A DNA stretch of 22,763 nt from Deferribacterales bacterium (GTDB lineage: Bacteria; Chrysiogenota; Deferribacteres; Deferribacterales; Geovibrionaceae): the NCBI GenBank assembly GCA_050253335.1, contig JBFWJG010000040.1:1-22763 (forward strand), read 5' to 3'. Positions within the stretch are counted from its first letter, which is position 1. The number at the start of each line of letters is the position of its first letter. Below, one piece after another: positions 1 to 7,359 of the stretch. Below the pieces are notes generated by a model that saw nothing but the letters and a program-made list of their open reading frames with translations, searched no databases and was not told the DNA's origin. The translations under genes and the position numbers were made by a program.

Positions 1-14
1 CGCTCTTCCGATCT
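1..14 (+). other. Illumina TruSeq adapter remnant (sequencing artefact at contig end)
   Basis: CGCTCTTCCGATCT is the 3' end of the TruSeq read-1 primer/adapter (…ACACGACGCTCTTCCGATCT) and sits exactly at position 1. Confidence 0.9.
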
Positions 15-113
15 GGCTACCCGCCGGAGAACCCCTGCGAAGCTCAGAACTAAGGTTTTCCGCCTGTTGTACGATTGATAAACAGTACGACTGACCCGAA
101 AAGGACTAATTAT

Positions 114-142
114 TTGATTTTGCCGTTATTTGGTGTTAGTTT
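114..142 (+). promoter_or_regulatory. Putative sigma70 promoter for the romR-purM-purN operon
   Basis: TTGATT (114-119), 17-nt spacer, TAGTTT (137-142) with an extended -10 TGn; motif match by eye only. Confidence 0.45.
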
Positions 143-194
143 AGCGTAAAAGGGCTGATTACGCGCAGTACAGTACCGCTCGGTGAGGGATTCC

Positions 195-2138
195 ATGAAA
201 AAAGTCTTACTGATTGACGACAGCGTTACCATTCACAGGGTAATTGACATCTGCCTTGATAAGGACAGATTTATCACGGAAAAAACCTTCTCGGCGGATG
301 ATGCAGTGATGAGGCTGAAAAACGCCCCTGCTGACGTTATCCTGCTCGATAATAAGCTGGAGAGCATAATCCTCGGTGATTTTATCTCAAAGATCCGCTC
401 GCTGGCTCCCTCATCATGGATCATTCTCCTTACCGGAGCCTTTGACCAGTTTGACGATGCCGACCTTGCCAAATCCGGCGCTGATGACTACCTTTTCAAA
501 CCGTTCGACTCTCAGGCAATAGAGCTTAAAATAAACTACGGGCTCAGCGCCGCTCCCAAAGAAGCGCCTGCTGAAGCCTCTGCTCCTGTTCCCGCAATGC
601 CGGAACAGGTAATAACCGAAGAGCAGATGGACATCATCCCCCCTGAAGAGGCGCAGGCGGAGGAAACCCCGCTTATCGATCTGGGCGTGATGGAAACCCC
701 TGAGGAGCCCGCCGCAGAGGAAGAAACTCCGGCTCCCAAAGAACCCGAAACCGCGGAAGAGGAGATCCCCGCCGCGGAAGATATTTTCACTGAAGATGAT
801 CAGGAGCCCGAAACAACTCCCGCAGATATATACAGCGAAGAGGAGAGCGAAGACAGCTTCCCCTTTGACGATTCAGAACCCTCAGCCGCCATATCCGAAG
901 AGGAGAAGGCAGAGCTCGGGCACCTCTTCGACGAACCCGGACTCCCCGAAGAGACAGAAGCGGCAGCCATGGAAACCGAAGCGGCTGAAGATATGGAAAC
1001 CTCTGCCGTAACTATGGCACAGGCTGATGAACAGGAGGAAGATCTTGATTCCTTCCTCAAGGATCTGGAAGCGGCGCATATCCCCGAACCTGAAATAATT
1101 CATGACGAAGAAGAAGCCTCTCAGGAACCCGCAGCGGAGGATTTCACCGACCTGCTCAATGAACTGGGCGGGCAGGAAGAGCCCGCTCCCGAGTACATAA
1201 TCGAGGAAGAGGAAGAGCAGACGGAATCCGATTCCGACCCCTTCGCAGGGCTCACCATGACTGACGAGGAGGACGCCCTCGCCGAACCGGAGTATAAAGA
1301 GGAAGAGCAGGCGGAATCCGCGCCCGAATACATCATTGAGGAAGAAAAAGCGGACGAAGGAGACATCTTCGCCGGACTGATGCACATAAGCGAAGATGAA
1401 GTGATCGACGGCAGACCCGAAGAAAAGGAACAGCCCGAAGAGGAAGAGATTCCGCAGGAAGAGCTCCAGACAGAGGAAACAACCTCCCTTGATATACTTC
1501 CCGAAGGCTTTCTTGAAACAGGCGAGCCTGTGGACGGAGAAATCCTTGAGGAACAAAAAGAGCCCGACCTCAGCATTGACGCTCTGGAAAGCATGCCCAT
1601 AGAGACAGACTTCTCTGAGCTCATGCAGGCTGATGAAGCCGAGCTTGAGACAGCTTCCGAACCTGAAGCGGAAACAGAGCCCGTCATAGTCAGGGAGGAA
1701 GAGCCGGAGGCTGAATTTCCCTTTGAAAATGAAGAGCCCCTGCCCGAACCCGAAATGGCTTTCGCCGAAGAACCTGAGACTGATGAGCTCACCCTCCCGG
1801 AAGCTGACGAGACGGCAGAACCCGAATTTGTCACCGCTGATGAAGCCGAGCCCGCAGCGTTTGAGGAATTCCCGGCAGAGCAGTTCGCCCCGCTCAGGGA
1901 AATGACCGGAGAACAGGCAGAGGAAGAAGCACCCCACCAGACTGCACAGCCTGCCGCGGGTCTTGCTCAGGACGAGATAAAAGAAATCGTCTACCGCTCT
2001 CTGGACAGCGGAATGCTTAAAGCGGCAATTCAGGAAGTCCTTGCGGAAAAAATGGAGGAAGTGCTGAGAGAAGTGCTTCCCGAAATCGCAGAAATGGTTA
2101 TAAGAGAAGAAATAGAGCGCCTGAAGAGAGGAGAATAA
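195..2138 (+). CDS. romR: RomR-like response regulator: receiver domain, very long acidic disordered linker, C-terminal helical domain
   Basis: ATG at 195 follows GAGGGA (SD). Receiver motifs IDDS, VILLD, LLTGAFDQFD and KPFDSQ resemble Myxococcus RomR (LLAGTFEAFD, KPFESQ). The C-terminus EVLREVLPEIAEMVIREEIERL resembles the RomR C-terminal helix. Recognition is from memory. Confidence 0.75.
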   Translation: MKKVLLIDDSVTIHRVIDICLDKDRFITEKTFSADDAVMRLKNAPADVILLDNKLESIILGDFISKIRSLAPSSWIILLTGAFDQFDDADLAKSGADDYLFKPFDSQAIELKINYGLSAAPKEAPAEASAPVPAMPEQVITEEQMDIIPPEEAQAEETPLIDLGVMETPEEPAAEEETPAPKEPETAEEEIPAAEDIFTEDDQEPETTPADIYSEEESEDSFPFDDSEPSAAISEEEKAELGHLFDEPGLPEETEAAAMETEAAEDMETSAVTMAQADEQEEDLDSFLKDLEAAHIPEPEIIHDEEEASQEPAAEDFTDLLNELGGQEEPAPEYIIEEEEEQTESDSDPFAGLTMTDEEDALAEPEYKEEEQAESAPEYIIEEEKADEGDIFAGLMHISEDEVIDGRPEEKEQPEEEEIPQEELQTEETTSLDILPEGFLETGEPVDGEILEEQKEPDLSIDALESMPIETDFSELMQADEAELETASEPEAETEPVIVREEEPEAEFPFENEEPLPEPEMAFAEEPETDELTLPEADETAEPEFVTADEAEPAAFEEFPAEQFAPLREMTGEQAEEEAPHQTAQPAAGLAQDEIKEIVYRSLDSGMLKAAIQEVLAEKMEEVLREVLPEIAEMVIREEIERLKRGE

Positions 2139-3182
2139 GTGTCACAGATCGACTACAGAAGCAGCGGAGTTAATATAGACGAGGGGAACAGATTCATAAC
2201 CCTCATAAAATCCATGGCCGAATCCACCTACACCGAAGGAGTGATCGGCAGTCTCGGCGGCTTTGCCGGTTTTTTCAGCCTGAAGGACGCGGCGGGAATG
2301 ACCGACCCTGTCCTTGTTGCGGCGACCGACGGCGTGGGAACCAAGCTGAAAATAGCCTTTGATTCCGGCAAGCTGGACACAGTGGGCGTTGACCTTGTGG
2401 CAATGAGCGTGAACGATCTCGTGGTAACGGGTGCTAAGCCCCTCTTCTTCCTTGATTATCTGGCGACAGGCAAACTCGCGCCGGAGGATATGGCGGAAGT
2501 GGTCAAAGGCATAGCGGACGGATGCAGACAGTCGGGAACTGCCCTCATAGGCGGAGAAACCGCGGAGATGCCCGGCTTTTACAAGGAAGGCGAGTTCGAC
2601 CTCGCAGGTTTCTGTGTGGGCATACTCGACAAGGCGAAAATGGTGGACGGAAGCAAAGTTGCAGACGGAGACACCATAATCGGCTTCGGATCAACAGGTC
2701 TGCACAGCAACGGCTACTCCCTTGCCCGCAAAATATTTTTTGACGAACTTAAAATGGATGTGAAGGACGAAGTGAACGGCAGGCCTCTTTATGAGCTCCT
2801 CCTCGCACCCACAAAGATATATGTTAAAACAGTCCTCGCTCTCCTTGCCGAAGGCTTCGGCATAAAGGCCATGGCGCATATAACAGGCGGCGGCTTCTAT
2901 GAGAACATACCGAGAGTTCTCCCCGAAGGGCTGAAAGCCGTGGTTGATAAGGACAGCTTCACGAGACCCGAAATTTTCGACATCATAACCTCCAAGGTCA
3001 ATATAGACAGCCGTGAGCTTTACAGAGTCTTCAACATGGGCATAGGCTTCATTGCCGTAGTGCCCGCTGATGAGGCGGAAAAGCTCAGAGCCCGCGCGGA
3101 GGAGCTGGGCGAAAAGGCCTTCGTAATAGGCCGCATAGCCGAAGGCGCAAAATCTGTTGAAATAAAAGGGATAGATTTCTGA
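2139..3182 (+). CDS. purM: Phosphoribosylformylglycinamidine cyclo-ligase (AIR synthetase)
   Basis: Motifs TDGVGTK, PLFFLDY, LIGGETAEMPG, GLHSNGYSL, HITGGG and FNMGIG; GTG start directly after the romR stop. Confidence 0.97.
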   Translation: MSQIDYRSSGVNIDEGNRFITLIKSMAESTYTEGVIGSLGGFAGFFSLKDAAGMTDPVLVAATDGVGTKLKIAFDSGKLDTVGVDLVAMSVNDLVVTGAKPLFFLDYLATGKLAPEDMAEVVKGIADGCRQSGTALIGGETAEMPGFYKEGEFDLAGFCVGILDKAKMVDGSKVADGDTIIGFGSTGLHSNGYSLARKIFFDELKMDVKDEVNGRPLYELLLAPTKIYVKTVLALLAEGFGIKAMAHITGGGFYENIPRVLPEGLKAVVDKDSFTRPEIFDIITSKVNIDSRELYRVFNMGIGFIAVVPADEAEKLRARAEELGEKAFVIGRIAEGAKSVEIKGIDF

Positions 3183-3784
3183 TGAAAATAGGAATACTGC
3201 TCTCCGGCAGAGGCAGCAACTTCAGGGCTATCAAAGCCGCAATCGACAAAGGCGAGATCAAAAACGCCGAAATAGCAGTGGTAATCAGCAACAAGGCGGA
3301 TGCCCAAGGGCTTGCCTATGCCGCCGAATGCGGGCTTAAAACAGTTTATCTCAGCCATAAGGACTTTGACGGCCGTGAAGCCTACGACCGTGAGATAGTG
3401 AAGCACCTGAACGAAGCAGGGGTTGATCTCGTCTGCCTTGCGGGGTTCATGCGGATCATCTCTCCTTATTTCGTTGAGCAGTACAGAAACAGGATAATAA
3501 ACATTCACCCCTCGCTTCTTCCCGCCTTCCCCGGGCTGGACGCACAGAAGCAGGCTCTGGACTACGGAGTCAAATTCGCCGGATGCACCGTGCATTTTGT
3601 GGACGAGAAGATGGACAGCGGAGCCATCATCCTCCAGAAATGCGTGCCCGTTCTGGATGACGACACAGCGGAAACACTCTCCGCACGCATCCTTGAACAG
3701 GAGCACAGGGCATATCCCGAAGCTGTGCGCCTGATCGCGGAAGGCAGGCTGAAAACAGAGGGCAGACACGTTAAAATATTATGA
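3182..3784 (+). CDS. purN: Phosphoribosylglycinamide formyltransferase
   Basis: SGRGSN, LAGFMRI, INIHPSLLPAFPG and GCTVHFVDEKMDSG motifs; TGATG overlap with purM. Confidence 0.97.
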   Translation: MKIGILLSGRGSNFRAIKAAIDKGEIKNAEIAVVISNKADAQGLAYAAECGLKTVYLSHKDFDGREAYDREIVKHLNEAGVDLVCLAGFMRIISPYFVEQYRNRIINIHPSLLPAFPGLDAQKQALDYGVKFAGCTVHFVDEKMDSGAIILQKCVPVLDDDTAETLSARILEQEHRAYPEAVRLIAEGRLKTEGRHVKIL

Positions 3785-5028
3785 AAAAACTGCTGGCAGC
3801 ATCGGTTCTCTTTCTGATAAGCCTTTCAGCCTCCGCAGGAGATACAATGACGCTTGAAAACGGAGTGACATTCACAGTCATCGAACGCCCTTACACCGAA
3901 ACGGTTTCAGTATCGGTTTTTATAAAAGGCGGATTATTCAGAGAAAACAAAACAAACAACGGCGTGGGCGCGCTCACGGCCTCCGTTTGGGTTAAGGGGA
4001 GCGAAATGCTCCGCGAGATGGAGTTTTACGGCGGCAGCATAGGTGCAGGTCAGGGGACTGACTCCTTCGAGATCGCCTTCTCCTCCACTGCCGAATATCT
4101 GGACAAGGCCATAGCCCTTTTCCGCCCCTTTCTCCACTTCCCGGAGTTCAGAGAGGATGTGTTCGAAAGAGAAAAGGCGATCCAGCTTGAGGAAATCAAG
4201 GCCATTCAGGACGATCCCTCCTCGCTCTCTTTCCGCAACTTCATGAAGCTCTCCTACGAAGGCACGCCTTATGAACTAACCATCGAAGGTGAAGCTGAAG
4301 GTGTTGAAAAGCTCACCCTTGATGACATCAGGAAATTCTACCCTGTCCTCTTACAGGGTAGAAACACCATAGTAACCATCGCCGGCAGAATAACCCCTGA
4401 GCAGACGGAAAAGCTTAAAGCTATATTTGCCGACCTGCCCGAAGGTTCTGAATTCAAAGCCGACTGTGCATACCCCCCGCAGAAGGAAGAGATATACAAA
4501 GAAGACCGCGACCCCAGAACACAGCAGGCAAAGCTCTATGTGGGCTATGAGGCTCCCGAGGCGGCCGACCCCATGTATGCGGCGGTAAAGGTCATGGCGG
4601 ATATTATGGGCGGCGGAATGAGCTCGCGCTATTTCACCGAAATGCGCAAAAACAGGGGCTATGCCTACTCTGTGGGCGCTTTTTACCCCTCAAGGCTCTG
4701 CAAATCCAGATTCGTGGGGCACATAGGGCTTGAATACGCGAATGTTCCGGAAGCCGTGAAGGCAATGGAAGAGATAAACAAAAGCTTCCTTGATTCGCTT
4801 ACGGACGAAGAGCTGACCAAGGTCAAAAACTATATGCTCGGCAGACTGCTTATCGAGACTGAAACCAACAGCAAGCAGGCATGGTACGCCAACTTCTTCC
4901 AGAACGCAGGGCTCGGCAGCGGATACCTGAGTAAATACATAGAAGACATCAAGGCAGTGGATAAGGACGCCCTCAGGAAAGCGGCGGAGATATTCAGCAA
5001 GCCTAAAACTGTCTATGTGCTGAGGTAA
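3781..5028 (+). CDS. Exported M16 (insulinase/pitrilysin) family protein, probably a non-catalytic subunit
   Basis: Signal peptide ending ASA; TLENGV start, MGGGMSSRYFTEMRKNRGYAYSV motif; no HXXEH zinc motif. Confidence 0.85.
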   Translation: MKKLLAASVLFLISLSASAGDTMTLENGVTFTVIERPYTETVSVSVFIKGGLFRENKTNNGVGALTASVWVKGSEMLREMEFYGGSIGAGQGTDSFEIAFSSTAEYLDKAIALFRPFLHFPEFREDVFEREKAIQLEEIKAIQDDPSSLSFRNFMKLSYEGTPYELTIEGEAEGVEKLTLDDIRKFYPVLLQGRNTIVTIAGRITPEQTEKLKAIFADLPEGSEFKADCAYPPQKEEIYKEDRDPRTQQAKLYVGYEAPEAADPMYAAVKVMADIMGGGMSSRYFTEMRKNRGYAYSVGAFYPSRLCKSRFVGHIGLEYANVPEAVKAMEEINKSFLDSLTDEELTKVKNYMLGRLLIETETNSKQAWYANFFQNAGLGSGYLSKYIEDIKAVDKDALRKAAEIFSKPKTVYVLR

Positions 5029-5076
5029 AAGAATTTATTTCTGAAAGAGAAATCACAAAAGTGAGCTTTTGAATGG

Positions 5077-5109
5077 TTCGGGAAAATTTGTTCCGAAAAG
5101 TTTCCCGAA
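5077..5109. repeat. Imperfect inverted repeat between convergent genes (terminator-like or REP-like)
   Basis: TTCGGGAAAATTT…AAAGTTTCCCGAA; similar to the hairpin at 11424-11453. Confidence 0.6.
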
Positions 5110-5165
5110 ATAACCGAATATAAATAACTTAAACCGAGAATAATCAGGCTCCGCTTCCGGAACCG

Positions 5166-5468
5166 CTACAGTTCTTCCTCATCCTCAAAATCTGCAAAGT
5201 CGTCCGCTGTTTTTGCGCGGTATTCTATGGTTTCGATGTAGAGAGGAAGATCTTTCTTGGGAATGCTCTTTTTTTCGGGAACCTGCAGAACCTTGATCTT
5301 TTTATAGAAGTTCCACATATCAAGCTCCAGAACATCGCCCGCTTTCAGTGCGTAAGCGGGCTTGGCGGTGCGTCCGTTAACCGTGATGAAGCCTTCCCCT
5401 GCCGCTTCGTTGGCGACGGTTCTGCGCTTCATCAGGTTCATGGTTTTAAGAAACTTGTCAAGCCTCAT
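5166..5468 (-). CDS. rqcP: S4-domain ribosome quality-control protein RqcP/YabO (Hsp15-like)
   Basis: MRLDKFLK…KRRTVA…VNGRTAKP…KAGDVL matches the YabO/RqcP pattern; it lacks the long basic Hsp15 C-terminal tail and has an acidic tail instead. Confidence 0.75.
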   Translation of the reverse strand: MRLDKFLKTMNLMKRRTVANEAAGEGFITVNGRTAKPAYALKAGDVLELDMWNFYKKIKVLQVPEKKSIPKKDLPLYIETIEYRAKTADDFADFEDEEEL

Positions 5469-5473
5469 AAGCC

Positions 5474-6400
5474 CTAATACATATACTGCACAAGTATCCG
5501 CTGTTTGCTGTCTTTAAGCCATTTTTCATAAACGGCCTTAACCTTTTCATCAGAGATTTTTGCGGAAACTGCCTGTCTTATCTCAGCCGTGCCTTCGTAT
5601 TTATCTTTGAAGTTTTCAACATAGAGTACTCTGTACTCACCGCCGAAAGACTGAATATCCGTCACGTCCCCTTTGTGTTTGCCTTTAAGAAGTTCCTTGA
5701 GAGACGCATCAAGGGAATCATACTCAAACCAGCCGAGATAGCCGCCGTTATCATCATCGCCGAACTTAGCGGCAGTTTCGATAAAAGAACCGTTCTTTCT
5801 GAAAAACTCCAGAGCCTTTTCAAGAGCAAGGCGGTTTTCAAGTTTAAGCATCCTCAGTTCAAGCTGATCGCTGAGGTCCAGTGTTTCCTCGTTATCCTTT
5901 ATGAACCTGATGATCTCATCATCAGTAACAACAACCTTCGGCGCAAGAACCCTGCTGCGGACTCTCGCGGAGAGGATATCCATCTTTATCTGCCATTTAT
6001 ACTGAGCCATGGTGCGGTTTTCTCTGGCGAGAACATCCATAAGCTGCTGATCCGTGATGCTGTTTTTCTCCATAACGTCCTTCACGGCACTGTCCACTTC
6101 CTGATCGGTCACCCGTACACCCTCACGGCGGGCGGCATTCAGCACAACATACTGATCCACAAGGTAGTCCAGAGTTTTTTTGGTGTAATCCGCAAGGATG
6201 CGGGCTCTTTCGTCCTGATCCTTGATTTCATAAACCGCTTTTGTTCTTTCCGGATTCAGGGATTCGACGTCGAATTTGGTTATAACGTCATCCCCGACGC
6301 GGGCGTAAACCCTGTCAATTACCTGCGCCTGAACCTGCTGTGAGAGGCTCAAAAGAAGCAGGAGCAACATTAATGATTTCAGCTTTACTGTAAATTTCAT
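5474..6400 (-). CDS. SurA-like periplasmic chaperone (SurA N-domain plus degenerate parvulin domain)
   Basis: Signal peptide ending VQA, then VIDRVYARVGDDVITKFD (SurA_N) and GGYLGWF; AAGGA SD upstream of ATG 6400. Confidence 0.8.
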   Translation of the reverse strand: MKFTVKLKSLMLLLLLLSLSQQVQAQVIDRVYARVGDDVITKFDVESLNPERTKAVYEIKDQDERARILADYTKKTLDYLVDQYVVLNAARREGVRVTDQEVDSAVKDVMEKNSITDQQLMDVLARENRTMAQYKWQIKMDILSARVRSRVLAPKVVVTDDEIIRFIKDNEETLDLSDQLELRMLKLENRLALEKALEFFRKNGSFIETAAKFGDDDNGGYLGWFEYDSLDASLKELLKGKHKGDVTDIQSFGGEYRVLYVENFKDKYEGTAEIRQAVSAKISDEKVKAVYEKWLKDSKQRILVQYMY

Positions 6401-7292
6401 CGATAAAGTTCCTTACGCTTTCTTCCTGTTTCTGTGAATAAAGTCTTGCGTATATTTCTGATTTTACCTGTTCAAACTTTTTTGTCTCGCTGTTTCTGTA
6501 GGCGACTGTCTTAAAAATATGAAAGCCGTATTCGGACTTGATTATGCCGCTTGTCTCGCCTGCTCTCAGCCTGAAAGCCTCAGCAAACACTTCCGGATAA
6601 TCCTCCGCCGAAATCCAGCCGAGGTTGCCGCCGTTCTTCTTTTCGTCCGAAATGGAGTACTGCTCGGCGACTTCCGCAAACGGCACGCCTTTTTTAAGCT
6701 CGCCCATTGCTTCTCCTGCCTTCTCCTCATCCAGAGCGAGGATCATGAAAACGTTTGCGGTTCTTTTCCCGCTGAAGCGTGATTTATTCTCATCGTAGTA
6801 GGCTTTAAGCTCTTCATCCGTAACATTAACGCCGGTGTCCGCGATCTGAGTCAGGAGCTTCTGCACCAGAACATTCTCGACCATCTGTTTTTTCAGGCGG
6901 TTTTTGAGAACTTCGTCTGTTTCGTTGTCTCCGTTTTCCGCCGCTCTGCCCTCTTCCATCTTGTCGATGTATCCGGCGATTTTCGCGCTTCTCTCGTCAC
7001 CGATATCAAGACCCCGTCTCTTCGCCTCGTCAAGAAGCAGCCTGTGGATTATGAAGTTGCGCACTATGCGCTCTTTCACTTCCTGATTCTCCACCGTGAG
7101 CGGATCCATTTCCTGAATGGTGAAATAGGCATAGTCCAGAATCTCTGAATTATCGATCTCTGTGCCGTTTATTTTCAGGATTGTGCGTTTTTCCGCCTTC
7201 GGGCGGGCGGAATCGGCGTTTTTTTTGCCGCTCTCTCCGCAGCCGAAAAGAAATGCAGTTAAAAGTATGAATATGGCTGTTTTTTTCATCAT
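6315..7292 (-). CDS. PpiC/parvulin-type peptidyl-prolyl isomerase lipoprotein (PrsA-like)
   Basis: Lipobox LFGC; FAEVAEQYS…GGNLGW…SEYGFHIFK parvulin motifs. Confidence 0.85.
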   Translation of the reverse strand: MMKKTAIFILLTAFLFGCGESGKKNADSARPKAEKRTILKINGTEIDNSEILDYAYFTIQEMDPLTVENQEVKERIVRNFIIHRLLLDEAKRRGLDIGDERSAKIAGYIDKMEEGRAAENGDNETDEVLKNRLKKQMVENVLVQKLLTQIADTGVNVTDEELKAYYDENKSRFSGKRTANVFMILALDEEKAGEAMGELKKGVPFAEVAEQYSISDEKKNGGNLGWISAEDYPEVFAEAFRLRAGETSGIIKSEYGFHIFKTVAYRNSETKKFEQVKSEIYARLYSQKQEESVRNFIDEIYSKAEIINVAPASFEPLTAGSGAGN

Positions 7293-7298
7293 CCGCTT

Positions 7299-7327
7299 AA
7301 ATTACAATATTAATACACGCAGGGCAA
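7299..7327 (-). promoter_or_regulatory. Putative sigma70 promoter positioned for a leaderless transcript of the PPIase gene
   Basis: On the - strand: TTGCCC, 17-nt spacer, TAATTT, 6 nt, ATG; no SD. Confidence 0.45.
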
Positions 7328-7359
7328 TACAAAACGGGCGTGCAATGATTCTGACAGTT

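Noticed and set aside
15..110. Possible CDS tail (GYPPENPCEAQN*, 15-53), a 10-bp imperfect direct repeat (GTACGAYTGA at 69 and 85), or an IS end at the contig edge
   Set aside because: Too short to assign; no recognisable family motif or partner repeat in the window.
233..1937. Several long antisense or alternate-frame ORFs (Ser-rich, Phe/Leu-rich) over romR
   Set aside because: Shadow ORFs produced by the GAA/GAG-rich low-complexity coding strand.
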